64,000 nt of DNA. It comes from Candidatus Omnitrophota bacterium. Lineage in GTDB: Bacteria > Omnitrophota > Gorgyraeia > Zapsychrales > JBDRMG01. The translations under genes and the position numbers were made by a program. The DNA lies in the NCBI GenBank assembly GCA_043812495.1, contig JBDRMG010000008.1, positions 1,516 to 65,515 on the forward strand, written 5' to 3'. The notes under the pieces were generated by a model that ran no database searches, was not told where the DNA came from, and was given only the letters and a program-made list of their open reading frames with translations. Shown one piece after another: positions 18,736-28,701 of this stretch (positions are counted from its first letter, which is position 1; each line of letters starts with the position of its first letter).

Positions 18736-19479
18736 ATGAAGAAGTTCATGACCTGGCAGGTCGGTTTAGGGTTGGGTTTGATCGCACTTTCGGCAACGGT
18801 TTATTTCATTCATTACCTTATTTTCAGAGACGCCCACCATATTTTTATTTATCTCGTTGGAGATATTGCCTTTGTATTCTTAGAAGTTTTAATGGTGGCG
18901 CTCGTGATTCACGAATTGCTTATCCATCGGGAAAAGCAGTCTTTGCTTCATAAACTTAACATGGTCATCGGAGTATTTTTTAGTGAAGTCGGAACGCATT
19001 TGCTCAAAACCATAACAGGTTTTATGGCTGAATCTTTTCAGGCGGATAAAGATTTGATTGTAACCAAGGACTGGTCAGAAAAAGATTTTTACAAGAAGAC
19101 CAAGCAATTTAGAGACTATGCTTTTCCGATCAAAAGCGAACACGGCGATTTGATATCCTTAAGAGATTTTTTGATAGAAAAAAGGCCGCTTTTGGTCAAT
19201 CTCTTGGAAAATCCGAATCTTTTAGAGCATGAATCTTTCACGGATTGCCTATGGGCGGTGTTCCATTTGGCCGAAGAACTCTCCTTCAGAAAAGATTTCG
19301 GACAATTACCCGAAACAGATTATCAGCACCTCTCCGGAGACATTCAAAGAGTCTATAGGGTCCTGATTGTCCAGTGGTTGTCCTATATGAAACATCTCAA
19401 GGACGATTATCCGTATCTGTTTTCCCTTGCCGCGAGGAGAAATCCTTTTGACAGAAATGCTTCGATTGTTATTCATTAA
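18736..19479 (+). CDS. Conserved hypothetical membrane protein (2 N-terminal TM)
   Basis: Long ORF with RBS; GDIAFVFLEV, KLNMVIGVFFSEVG, LLENPNLLEHESFT, YPYLFSLA. Confidence 0.8.
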   Translation: MKKFMTWQVGLGLGLIALSATVYFIHYLIFRDAHHIFIYLVGDIAFVFLEVLMVALVIHELLIHREKQSLLHKLNMVIGVFFSEVGTHLLKTITGFMAESFQADKDLIVTKDWSEKDFYKKTKQFRDYAFPIKSEHGDLISLRDFLIEKRPLLVNLLENPNLLEHESFTDCLWAVFHLAEELSFRKDFGQLPETDYQHLSGDIQRVYRVLIVQWLSYMKHLKDDYPYLFSLAARRNPFDRNASIVIH

Positions 19480-19483
19480 CTTT

Positions 19484-19630
19484 TCAATGAGGCCTGCGCT
19501 TATGGATGCCGCGCCCGCCATTGATTCAGTGGCGGGCGGGGCAGAACATAAGTGCATGGCCGAATTGACCCAGCACTAATTTTGTAATCCTATTGACATG
19601 CAAAAATTAGTGCTGGGATAAAACAAATGC
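19484..19630 (-). repeat. Family A modular hairpin element, copy 2 (inverted)
   Basis: TCAATGAGGCCTGCGCTTATGG..GAACATAAGTGCATGGCCGAATTGACC..CAAATGC is the reverse complement of the scaffold. Confidence 0.9.
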
Positions 19631-19708
19631 TATTATTATTTCCTTATTTACTTAAAAAATAATGATTAAAAAGCTAATGCATAAGACAAACGAAAGGATG
19701 AGATTACG

Positions 19709-20293
19709 ATGACAAACATTTTTCTAGCCTTTATTCCCATTTTTGTCGCGGTTGACGCCATCGGCGTTCTGCCGATTTTTATTAGCCTGACACAGGGATA
19801 CCAGCCTGAAGAAAAACAAAAAGTGATCCGACAATCTTTGTATACGGCTGTGGCCCTTGCTTTTGGTTTCATTTTCTTGGGAAAAATAATCTTTCGTTTT
19901 CTCGGTATTACCATGAGCGATTTTATGGTGGCGGGAGGATTAATTCTTTTTTGTATCGCTATACTCGATTTGCTGAGACCCGGCAAACAAAGACGCATGC
20001 CTCCCAAAGAACTGGGTGCTGTTCCTATCGGAACACCTTTGATTGTGGGACCGGCGGTTCTGACGACATCTCTGATGATTGTCGACCAATATGGCGTGAC
20101 GGCGACCTTGATTTCCGTTTTGTGCAATATTTTCTTAGCCGGGCTGATTTTTCAAATGTCCGAAAAGCTTATAAAATTTTTGGGTCAGGCCGGCGCAAGA
20201 GCTTTATCCAAAGTCACCATGCTTCTTCTGGCTGCGATTGCTGTGATGATGATTCGTAAAGGGATCTTCGGCATCTTGAATGCCGGCGGTTAG
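19709..20293 (+). CDS. MarC-family membrane protein
   Basis: VDAIGVLPIF, F.VAGGLILF, VPIGTPLIVGPA. Confidence 0.92.
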   Translation: MTNIFLAFIPIFVAVDAIGVLPIFISLTQGYQPEEKQKVIRQSLYTAVALAFGFIFLGKIIFRFLGITMSDFMVAGGLILFCIAILDLLRPGKQRRMPPKELGAVPIGTPLIVGPAVLTTSLMIVDQYGVTATLISVLCNIFLAGLIFQMSEKLIKFLGQAGARALSKVTMLLLAAIAVMMIRKGIFGILNAGG

Positions 20294-20436
20294 AGCATAT
20301 TCTGATCAAGTAAGATTTTAAATAAAGATTTAAATCTAGGAATACCTTTTCAACCTTTTATCTTGTTTTGAAGCATTTACGGAGTTAAAATAAAATATAG
20401 TTATTTTTGTAGATATCAAAGAAAGGGACAAAAATC

Positions 20437-21501
20437 ATGGTTCGACCTATCAAGATGATCTCCAAAACGCTTGGGTTACCGCCCGGAACACCTGTTTTGG
20501 TTGGAAATGAAAGAATCGGAAAAGCAAAAATTACGGTTTTTGACTATGATGCGGCCAATGTCGAGGAGAAAGAAGCCAAAACCGTCGAAGAATGCTTTCC
20601 CTTTAAGGACAAGCCCAGTGTGACCTGGATCAATGTGGATGGAATCGGAGATGTGGAGACGATTGAAAAAGTGAATGAGCATTTCGGCATTCATCCTCTT
20701 GTCTTGGAAGACATTCTGAACACTACACAGCGTCCGAAAATGGAAGACTTCGAGGATTATATTTTTATTGTCCTGAAGATGATCCATTTTGAAGGCAAGA
20801 CAGATGAAGTTATTTCCGAGCAAGTCTGTTTGATCGTTGGTCCAAATTATGTGATTTCTTTTCAAGAAACTGAAGGGGATCTCTTTGATCTTATACGGGA
20901 CCGTATCCGGCAAAACAAGGGCCGTATTAGAAAAATGGGTGCGGATTATTTGGCTTATTCCCTCATTGATGCGATCGTGGATGGTTATTTTGTCATCCTT
21001 GAGAAACAAGGCGATGAGATCGAGAATTTGGAAGAAGAATTACTCAAAGGAGCCGAGCCCAAGATGCCTCAGGAGATTCATCAACTGAAACGGGAAATGA
21101 TTTTTTTGCGCAAACACATCTGGCCGTTGCGTGAAGTGATTAACGGGCTTCAGAAAAGCGAAGTCGAACTCATCAAGAAGGCGACAAGTTTTTATTTACG
21201 CGATGTCTATGATCACACAATTCAGATCATTGACACGGTTGAATCATTTCGCGATATGCTCTCCGGCATGCTCGATATTTATCTTTCCAGCATCAGCAAC
21301 CGCATGAACGAAGTCATGAAAGTCTTAACGATTATAGCCACCATCTTTATTCCGCTGACCTTCATCGCCGGTGTTTATGGGATGAATTTTAAATATATGC
21401 CTGAGCTAGAGTGGCGCTGGGGTTATTTTGGTGCCTTAGGCCTGATGGCTCTTGTCGGGATTCTCATGCTCAATTTTTTCAGAAGGAAAAAGTGGTTGTA
21501 G
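20437..21501 (+). CDS. corA: Magnesium/cobalt transporter CorA
   Basis: GLPPGT, HPLVLEDI, QRPK, PLTFIAGVYGMNF..MPEL. Confidence 0.96.
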   Translation: MVRPIKMISKTLGLPPGTPVLVGNERIGKAKITVFDYDAANVEEKEAKTVEECFPFKDKPSVTWINVDGIGDVETIEKVNEHFGIHPLVLEDILNTTQRPKMEDFEDYIFIVLKMIHFEGKTDEVISEQVCLIVGPNYVISFQETEGDLFDLIRDRIRQNKGRIRKMGADYLAYSLIDAIVDGYFVILEKQGDEIENLEEELLKGAEPKMPQEIHQLKREMIFLRKHIWPLREVINGLQKSEVELIKKATSFYLRDVYDHTIQIIDTVESFRDMLSGMLDIYLSSISNRMNEVMKVLTIIATIFIPLTFIAGVYGMNFKYMPELEWRWGYFGALGLMALVGILMLNFFRRKKWL

Positions 21502-21614
21502 GAAAATCTTAGTGTTATCCCTTCCTTAAAGTTTTCTCCGATTCACCCCTTTCGACAACAGATATATTGTGACCCCTTAGAACACTGATGTCGTTTTTTT
21601 GCCATCAAGTTATA

Positions 21615-21715
21615 GCTAGTGCCGCCCCAACTAAATATGCTGAATATGCTCTATCTGATCTAAAGGCAGGAGGAGAGATGAATAATACGCAAAAGAAAGT
21701 TGGGGCGGCACTAGC
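21615..21715. mobile_element. MITE-like element with perfect 18-bp terminal inverted repeats
   Basis: GCTAGTGCCGCCCCAACT ... AGTTGGGGCGGCACTAGC around a 65-bp non-palindromic core; CTAG at both ends. Confidence 0.7.
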
Positions 21716-21800
21716 CGTTGATTGATCTTATTTTAGCTTTATTTTACTTGATTTTAAGCTTATAATAATCTCAAAATCTTGTTAATATTAATATGAATTT

Positions 21801-23663
21801 ATGAAATCTGCCAAAAATCAGAAAAATTTCTGGGTCATCTTTCTTGCTTTAACCATCCTTTTTTTCCTTATCAAATACCAGGGACCGCAGGTTATTCGCA
21901 CCCTCTATCAAAACAATTCCTTCCAGACCCTTGACAGACTCACCAGAGCCAAGGGCCCCCACTCCCTGGATTATTATTTGGGTCGGACGGATGATGTTTT
22001 GTTTGGTCCATTAAGTTCTCTGGTTTCCGGCCTAGTTCTTTTGGGTTTCTCTCTCGCGTATCTGCAAAAATCTCAAGCTTTAAAATTTGCACTCGCCATT
22101 TTCGCTTATCTTCTAATTACCCGCCCAGAAATTCTTTTTTACCCTCCTTATGGGGATGCTGTCACGGGAATATTTTTTGACGTGATATGGATTGCCCGGC
22201 ATTCGTTTGATTACATCGGGTTATTCCATCAAAATAATTTCGGCGTCGGCGCGCCCCAGGCGTATCCTATTTCTCTTTTTCCGAGTTTTCTGGCCTTCCT
22301 GATGCAAGTAACCCCAACAACAAAAACTTTTCTTATAACAACACACTTAGTTATTTTTTTGATGGCCGCAGGCGCCGTATCCTCTTTTCGAGAAGTCTTG
22401 CGAAAAACATTTGATGAAACGATTGCCATTTTTGGTTCGATGATTCTTTTGGCGCTTCCGCTTTTTCAATGCATGGCCGAATTGATCAACCAGGAAGTGG
22501 CCTGCCTTTTTTTTGCTATTCTTGCCGTTTACTTTCTGTTTCTAAGAAGTTTGGGAAGAGCCATGCTGTTTTCGGCCCTATCGTTGCTTGTTAAAGCGCC
22601 CGGGGGAATAACTTGTTTTGCGATGTCCTGGGCGGGCATCCTTATGTTTTTAACGGAAAAAGACAACAAGGGTCGTATGAAAACTTTGCTGTGGGCCATC
22701 GGAGCAGCTGTTTTTGTTATGACCATGTTTCTTATCAGGCGATGGCGGACCGGAGAACACATGATTGATACAACCAATGTGACGGGATTTCTCATTGGCT
22801 GGAAGAATATTTCAGGTTTAGTGACATTTTGGATTTTTCTCGCCGTGGTTGTCTTTTTTATCATTCAGAGCATTATGGAGTGGCGAAAACGACCTGACAA
22901 TCAAAGGAGACTTGCCTCTTTTATCCATGAGCATCAGCCTGTTTTGATTGTCGGTTCGGTTGTCATTCTTTGGTTTGGTCTTTATGTTAATTTCCTGGTG
23001 ATGATTGACCGATACAAGTTGTTATTGGCGCCGTTTTATATAGTTTTCTTGATGTATGTTTTTACGCCTGTCATTAAAGATCAGAAAAGAATTCAGAAGA
23101 TTTTAATGGCTGTCATTGTTATTTTTCTTCTTTCTTCCCACGGTCATATCGGACAAAGGACCTTCGCTAACGGCTATTACAGCGGTTTTGAACGCAGCCT
23201 GGAATACCGTAACAATCTCAAAATGGCCATGCGGGTTACAAAGGAGATCGAGAACAATTATTATCCGGGGTATACGATTGCCGCGCCGTTTGTCATTGCG
23301 CATATGCTTAATTTTTCCGAGATTGGTTATGTAGATCAACCGCTCAATGTCGTTATGTACGGGATGAACAGCCATTTTAAAGGCATTGATATCTTTAAAG
23401 GTTTAAGCCTCATGAATATTGAAAAGACCGTTTGGATTGGATTCCCGGATTATTTTCTCAATGAACAAATCCCATATCCGATCGGTCCCGGCGACCAGAT
23501 AATCAAAGAAATAGAAGTCGGGGATCGGAAAGTGGCACTTTTTAAAGGCGGTTATGCCATCGAAAGGATGAGATTGCTGGTTATGCTCAAGCAGAGAGGC
23601 GTGTTAGATAAATTTATCCAGAGAGCGAAAGAACATCAAGCAAAATCAAAAGGAACCCGATGA
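21801..23663 (+). CDS. Multi-pass membrane protein, possibly a GT-C-fold glycosyltransferase
   Basis: More than 11 TM segments, periplasmic loop PPYGD, LLVKAPG, late RY motif; first gene of the sugar cluster. Confidence 0.6.
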   Translation: MKSAKNQKNFWVIFLALTILFFLIKYQGPQVIRTLYQNNSFQTLDRLTRAKGPHSLDYYLGRTDDVLFGPLSSLVSGLVLLGFSLAYLQKSQALKFALAIFAYLLITRPEILFYPPYGDAVTGIFFDVIWIARHSFDYIGLFHQNNFGVGAPQAYPISLFPSFLAFLMQVTPTTKTFLITTHLVIFLMAAGAVSSFREVLRKTFDETIAIFGSMILLALPLFQCMAELINQEVACLFFAILAVYFLFLRSLGRAMLFSALSLLVKAPGGITCFAMSWAGILMFLTEKDNKGRMKTLLWAIGAAVFVMTMFLIRRWRTGEHMIDTTNVTGFLIGWKNISGLVTFWIFLAVVVFFIIQSIMEWRKRPDNQRRLASFIHEHQPVLIVGSVVILWFGLYVNFLVMIDRYKLLLAPFYIVFLMYVFTPVIKDQKRIQKILMAVIVIFLLSSHGHIGQRTFANGYYSGFERSLEYRNNLKMAMRVTKEIENNYYPGYTIAAPFVIAHMLNFSEIGYVDQPLNVVMYGMNSHFKGIDIFKGLSLMNIEKTVWIGFPDYFLNEQIPYPIGPGDQIIKEIEVGDRKVALFKGGYAIERMRLLVMLKQRGVLDKFIQRAKEHQAKSKGTR

Positions 23664-24670
23664 ATAAAACCGAGAAGAAAATATGCGTGACGGGTGGGGC
23701 AGGTTTTATCGGCAGCCATTTGGTCGAACGATTGATCTTATCGAATCATCATGTCATTGTGGTCGATAACTTTTCAACAGGTCGTTATGAGAATTTACCA
23801 TTTCGGAAAAACTGTAAAAACCTATCAATCATCAATGCGGATGTGGCAGATCCTGACAAAATGATTAATTGTTTTAAGGGTGTAGAAATTGTTTTTCATT
23901 GCGCGGCGTTGGCCGATATTGTTCCTTCGATCGTTCATCCCGATCGTTATTACCGGTCCAACGTGACCGGGACTTTTTGCGTGGCTGAGGCCGCGAGAAA
24001 GGCGCAAGTCAAGAAATTTATTTATACAGCCAGCTCCTCTTGCTATGGGATCGCAACAAATTTACCGACGAAAGAGAGTGATCCGATCGATCCTCAATAT
24101 CCTTATGCGCTAACCAAATATTTGGGCGAGCAAATTACATTTCATTGGGGAAAGGTCTATGGACTGCCGGTTGTTTCTTTACGGCTTTTTAATGTGTACG
24201 GTCCGCGTTCGCGAACCTCCGGAACCTATGGCGCTGTGTCCGGAGTTTTTCTGGCTCAGAAACTGGCCGGAAAGCCCTATACGGTCGTGGGGGACGGAAC
24301 ACAAACGAGAGACTTTATCTATGTCTCTGATGTCGTCGAAGCATTTCTTGCGGCCGCTTTTTCTGATATCAAAAATGAAATTTTCAATGTTGGCTGCGGA
24401 AATCCTCAAAGCGTTAATACGCTTGTATCGCTTTTGGGCGGAGAGAAAGTCCATATTCCCAAACGGCCGGGTGAGCCTGATTGCACGTGGGCCGATATCG
24501 CTAAAATTAAAAATAAGCTGGATTGGCAACCCAAAATTTCTTTTGAGGAAGGTATCGGGAATATTCTTCAGCATATTCAGGATTGGCGCAGTGCTCCGGT
24601 TTGGACGCCGGAGAAAATCGAAGAAGCCACCAAAGATTGGTTTACATACCTAGCAAAGGAAAAGCCATGA
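23660..24670 (+). CDS. NAD-dependent NDP-sugar epimerase/dehydratase (extended SDR)
   Basis: TGGAGFIGSH, YALTK (YxxxK), LFNVYGPR, GDGTQTRDF. Confidence 0.93.
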   Translation: MNKTEKKICVTGGAGFIGSHLVERLILSNHHVIVVDNFSTGRYENLPFRKNCKNLSIINADVADPDKMINCFKGVEIVFHCAALADIVPSIVHPDRYYRSNVTGTFCVAEAARKAQVKKFIYTASSSCYGIATNLPTKESDPIDPQYPYALTKYLGEQITFHWGKVYGLPVVSLRLFNVYGPRSRTSGTYGAVSGVFLAQKLAGKPYTVVGDGTQTRDFIYVSDVVEAFLAAAFSDIKNEIFNVGCGNPQSVNTLVSLLGGEKVHIPKRPGEPDCTWADIAKIKNKLDWQPKISFEEGIGNILQHIQDWRSAPVWTPEKIEEATKDWFTYLAKEKP

Positions 24671-26202
24671 ATAAAGATGTCTTAAAAAAGATTAAAAAAA
24701 TTCAGCAGCTGGCGGATATCGTCGCCCATTGCAAACGGCAAGGCAAGAAAGTTGTTCACTGTCATGGGGTGTTTGATCTCTTGCACCCTGGGCACTTAAA
24801 ACATTTTGAGTCCGCCAAGAAAAAAGGCGATGTATTGGTTGTCACCGTGACGCCGGATGAGCATGTCAACCGGGGGCCGGGACGGCCGATTTTTAATCAG
24901 GATCTGCGCGCCGAAAGCATTGCCCATCTGGCCTGTGTCGATTTTGTGGCGATTAATGAATGGCCTACAGCGGTTGAGGCCATCAAAACCATACGGCCCG
25001 ATTTTTATATTAAGGGCAGCGAATACGCGATCAAAGAAGATGACGTCACGGGGAAAATCTTTGATGAAGAGGAAGCCGTCAAAAAAGTCGGCGGGCAATT
25101 GGATTTTACCGATGATATCACGTTCAGCTCCACATCGATTATCAATGATCTTTTGGCTCCCTATCCGGAGGAAGCCCAGGATTTCCTCAAAAGTCTAAAA
25201 AAACGCTACAGTACCGAAGATATTATACGTTATTTGCAGGGTGTTCGATCAGTTAAAGTGCTTGTGATCGGTGATGTGATTATCGACGAATATCATTATT
25301 GCGTCGGCATGGCCAAGACACAGAAAGACAATATCATCGCGACTCGTTTTATTTCAGCCGAACAGTTTGCCGGCGGCGTCTTGGCGGCGGCCAATCATAT
25401 TGCCGGTTTTTGTAAAGACGTAACGCTTTTAAGCTGTATCGGGACAGGGGAGAATTACCAACCCTTTATTACCGATCGCCTGAAACCCAACATACAGACA
25501 AAGTTTTATCAACGCAAAGATGCCCCGACGGTCGTTAAACGCCGTTTTGTAGATAAGAATTTCTTAACAAAACTTTTTGAAATATGTTATTTGGACGATC
25601 TGACGATGCTGCCCACTTCTGTAGAAAATAAAATCTGCGATTATCTTCGCAAGAATCTCAAGAAATTCGACATGGTTCTTGTGGCGGATTTTGGCCACGG
25701 AATGATCACGCCTAAGATCATTAAAATTTTATGCGAAAAGGCAAAGTTTTTAGCTCTCAATGTCCAGACCAATAGCTCCAATATCGGGTTTAATCTTGTG
25801 CCGAAATTTCCTCGTGCCGATTATATCTGTATTGATGAACCTGAATTGCGCTTTGCCTGCCATGACCGGTTTTCCAAACCGGAAGATTTGGTTCTGAAGA
25901 TCACAAAAAAAATGAAATGCGATCACATGATCATTACACGGGGACACCGGGGCGCGCTGACGTATTCCAAGAAAAAAGGATTTTCGCAGATCCCTGTTTT
26001 TTCAAAAGAAGTCATCGACCGCATTGGGGCCGGAGACGCTTTTTTCTCGATTACTTCGCCATGTATTTTTAAGGGTGTGCCTACAGAGGTTGTGGGCGTT
26101 ATCGGAAATGCGGTAGGAGCCATGAAAGTTCTTATCGTGGGTAATCGGGCCAGCGTTGAACCGGCCCCGTTACTCAAATACATAGGGACATTATTGAAAT
26201 GA
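24667..26202 (+). CDS. Bifunctional nucleotidyltransferase / PfkB sugar kinase (HldE/RfaE-like, transferase domain first)
   Basis: HGVFDLLHPGH and KGSEY N-terminally; VIGDVIIDEY, DFGHG, DRIGAGDAF C-terminally. Confidence 0.88.
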   Translation: MNKDVLKKIKKIQQLADIVAHCKRQGKKVVHCHGVFDLLHPGHLKHFESAKKKGDVLVVTVTPDEHVNRGPGRPIFNQDLRAESIAHLACVDFVAINEWPTAVEAIKTIRPDFYIKGSEYAIKEDDVTGKIFDEEEAVKKVGGQLDFTDDITFSSTSIINDLLAPYPEEAQDFLKSLKKRYSTEDIIRYLQGVRSVKVLVIGDVIIDEYHYCVGMAKTQKDNIIATRFISAEQFAGGVLAAANHIAGFCKDVTLLSCIGTGENYQPFITDRLKPNIQTKFYQRKDAPTVVKRRFVDKNFLTKLFEICYLDDLTMLPTSVENKICDYLRKNLKKFDMVLVADFGHGMITPKIIKILCEKAKFLALNVQTNSSNIGFNLVPKFPRADYICIDEPELRFACHDRFSKPEDLVLKITKKMKCDHMIITRGHRGALTYSKKKGFSQIPVFSKEVIDRIGAGDAFFSITSPCIFKGVPTEVVGVIGNAVGAMKVLIVGNRASVEPAPLLKYIGTLLK

Positions 26203-26768
26203 ATTATTTTAAAGAGCTCATCGATTTATGTCAGCATATTACGATCAATGATCAGAAGGGGAGGCCCTTGTTGATCGAAAAGGCCTTTGACAGAACAGTC
26301 CAGATGATTATGGACCACAAAAATAAAGGCAAAGTTTTTTTGATAGGAAACGGCGGCAGCGCGGCCATTGCCAGCCACACCATGACGGATTTTATCCGTA
26401 ATGCGAAGATTCCGGCCATGGCTTTTAATGACGCCGCTCTTTTGACATGCATGTCCAATGATTATGGATACGAAAAGGTTTACGAAAAGCCCATTGAAGT
26501 TGTCGTCAAAAGAGGAGACGTGCTGATTGCGATCAGTAGCTCGGGAAAATCGAAAAATATTATCCGGGCCGTCAGAGCCGCACAGAAGAATAAGGCGCGC
26601 GTTATTACTCTTTCGGGGTTCAACCGGAACAACTATTTGAGCAAGCTCGGGGAAATCAACTTCTACGTTCCTTCCAGCTCTTACGGGTTCGTCGAGTCCA
26701 TACACTTTCTCATCTGCCACTGCATTGTTGATACTTTGATAGCGAAAAAGAAAAGAAAAAATGGATAA
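26199..26768 (+). CDS. gmhA: SIS-domain phosphoheptose isomerase (GmhA-like)
   Basis: GNGGSAAIASH, SNDYGY, ISSSGKSKNI, ESIH. Confidence 0.8.
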   Translation: MNYFKELIDLCQHITINDQKGRPLLIEKAFDRTVQMIMDHKNKGKVFLIGNGGSAAIASHTMTDFIRNAKIPAMAFNDAALLTCMSNDYGYEKVYEKPIEVVVKRGDVLIAISSSGKSKNIIRAVRAAQKNKARVITLSGFNRNNYLSKLGEINFYVPSSSYGFVESIHFLICHCIVDTLIAKKKRKNG

Positions 26769-27828
26769 GTTCAGAATCGACAGCCATAAGCTCACGTATC
26801 ATGTCCAGCGCGTCCATGATTGGTTGAATGGAAAAAACATTTATCCGGTGTATATAGAAATCAGCCCTACGGGCGCGTGCAACCACCGCTGTATTTTCTG
26901 CGGTTTAGACTTTATGGAATACAAAGCCCGGTCGCTTGATACGGCCCTATTGAAAGAACGTTTAAAAGAATTGGGCGAACTTGGCGTCAAAAGCATCATG
27001 TACGCCGGCGAAGGTGAGCCTTTCTTGCATCGAGACATCGTCGAGATCATTCAGCATACGAAAAATTCCGGAATAGATGTCGCGGTCACAACCAACGGCG
27101 TTTTATTTTCAAAAGAAAAAGCCGAAAACTCACTTGGGTATATGGAATGGATTAAGATCGGCATCGATGCCGGAACTAAAGAAACCTACGCGAAAATTCA
27201 TCGATGCCGAGAACAAGACTTCGATCGCCTCATTGAAAATATGAAAGAGGCTGTCCGGATTAAACGCAAAAGCGGTTACTCTTGCGCGATCGGCGCTCAG
27301 GCTTTGCTTTTACCCGACAATCAAAAGGAGATGGTGGGTCTCGCCAAGCTTATCAAAGATATTGGATTAGACTATCTTGTCGTCAAACCCTATTCTCAGC
27401 ATCCGCAGAGCAAAACCAAACAATATAGTGAGATTAAATATGACGACTATGGCGGGCTCGAAGAACAATTATCTCAGCTTAAGTCGGACAAGTTTCAAGT
27501 GATCGTGCGTATCCATACCATGAGAAAATGGGATGATAAGAAAAAAGAATATGAATGCTGTCTCGCACTTCCGTTTTGGTCGTATATTGATGCGGGGGGA
27601 AATGTCTGGGGCTGCAGCGTATATTTAGGGGATGAACGCTTCTTTTACGGCAATATCAATGAGCAGTCTTTTAAAGAAATATGGGAATCACAAAAACGTG
27701 TTGATTCACTACGCTTTGTTCAAGAGAAGCTCAACGCCTCAACGTGCCGAGTGAATTGCCGCATGGATGAAGTGAATCGTTATTTGTGGGAGCTAAAAAA
27801 CCCTCCCGACCATGTGAATTTTATATAA
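26761..27828 (+). CDS. Radical SAM / SPASM-twitch protein
   Basis: CNHRCIFC, GEGEP, C..G.VWGC..GNI, CRVNCR. Confidence 0.93.
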   Translation: MDKFRIDSHKLTYHVQRVHDWLNGKNIYPVYIEISPTGACNHRCIFCGLDFMEYKARSLDTALLKERLKELGELGVKSIMYAGEGEPFLHRDIVEIIQHTKNSGIDVAVTTNGVLFSKEKAENSLGYMEWIKIGIDAGTKETYAKIHRCREQDFDRLIENMKEAVRIKRKSGYSCAIGAQALLLPDNQKEMVGLAKLIKDIGLDYLVVKPYSQHPQSKTKQYSEIKYDDYGGLEEQLSQLKSDKFQVIVRIHTMRKWDDKKKEYECCLALPFWSYIDAGGNVWGCSVYLGDERFFYGNINEQSFKEIWESQKRVDSLRFVQEKLNASTCRVNCRMDEVNRYLWELKNPPDHVNFI

Positions 27829-27837
27829 GAGTAAATG

Positions 27838-27995
27838 AAAATTGTTTTGGTTCTGGTGAGTTGGTAACGTTGGAGTCTTGTTGTGGTTATGGTTTTAGGT
27901 GTCGTTTAGAACAGAAATAATGATTTTAACCAAAACAACAACTAAAACGACAACGAAACACCAACGTTACCGATACCAAAAACGAAAACAACTTT
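27838..27995. repeat. Long imperfect GT-rich/AC-rich inverted repeat
   Basis: TTGTTTTGGTTCTGGT..GGTAACGTTGG..GTTGT pairs with ACAAC..CCAACGTTACC..ACCAAAAACGAAAACAA. Confidence 0.7.
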
Positions 27996-28036
27996 ATAGG
28001 TTTTTGGAAAACCCTTGAATTTGATTGGAGGAAAAA

Positions 28037-28543
28037 ATGAAGAGAGCTGTCATTATTACAGCCACAAATTTTCAGGATGAGGAATTTACCTATCCGTATT
28101 ATCGATTACTGGAAGAGGGTTTTGCGGTTGATGTGGCCACGCCGGATAAAGCGCCGGTTTGCGGCAAATACGGCGTCCCGGCCCGACCCAACAAAGATAC
28201 AAAAGAATTGAAGGTCTCCGATTACGATCTTGTCATTCTTCCCGGCGGATTTGAAGCTCCGGATCGCCTGCGTATTCGTCCGGAAGTTTTGGCCTTCGTC
28301 AAAGAGATGTTTGAGACCAAAAAGATTGTGGCGGCCATCTGCCACGGACCCTGGATTTGTATTTCCGCGGGAATCCTCAAAGGGAAGAAGGCAACGGGGT
28401 ATATGTCCATCGCCGATGATATCAAAAATGCCGGCGCGACTTATATGGAAGAGGATGTTGTGATTGACGGAAATCTGATTACATCTCCGCACTATCGCAA
28501 TAACGGCGATTTTATGAAAGCCGTTCTCAAAACCATCAAATAA
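28037..28543 (+). CDS. DJ-1/PfpI-family protein (type 1 GATase-like)
   Basis: FQDEE, ILPGG, AAICHGPW, DGNLITS. Confidence 0.92.
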   Translation: MKRAVIITATNFQDEEFTYPYYRLLEEGFAVDVATPDKAPVCGKYGVPARPNKDTKELKVSDYDLVILPGGFEAPDRLRIRPEVLAFVKEMFETKKIVAAICHGPWICISAGILKGKKATGYMSIADDIKNAGATYMEEDVVIDGNLITSPHYRNNGDFMKAVLKTIK

Positions 28544-28544
28544 A

Positions 28545-28694
28545 TGAGCCCCAAGGGAATTTCTATCGATGGGGCTCACCCTGAGCAAGCCCAAAGGGCG
28601 AGCCGAAGGGTCTCTTACTAGGGATCCTTCGACTCCGCTCCGACTAGGGTCGGAGCTTCGCTCAGGATTTCGGGGTCGAAACACCACGACCCCT
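28545..28694. repeat. Intergenic cluster of four hairpins, including two inverted TTCG(A/G)C..GCTCAG units (family C)
   Basis: ACCCTGAGC..GCCGAAGGGT (28578-28611) and ATCCTTCGAC..GCTCAGGAT (28624-28668), flanked by TGAGCCCCA/TGGGGCTCA and GGGGTCG/CGACCCC. Confidence 0.75.
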
Positions 28695-28701
28695 CAAATA
28701 A

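Noticed and set aside
18422-18953. ORFs 18422..18643, 18512..18724 and 18528..18953
   Set aside because: They run through the family B repeat or overlap the real gene at 18736 out of frame.
9754-21800. Prophage or genomic island integrated at the ssrA 3' end
   Set aside because: No integrase or phage genes, and I found no downstream duplicate of the tmRNA 3' end.
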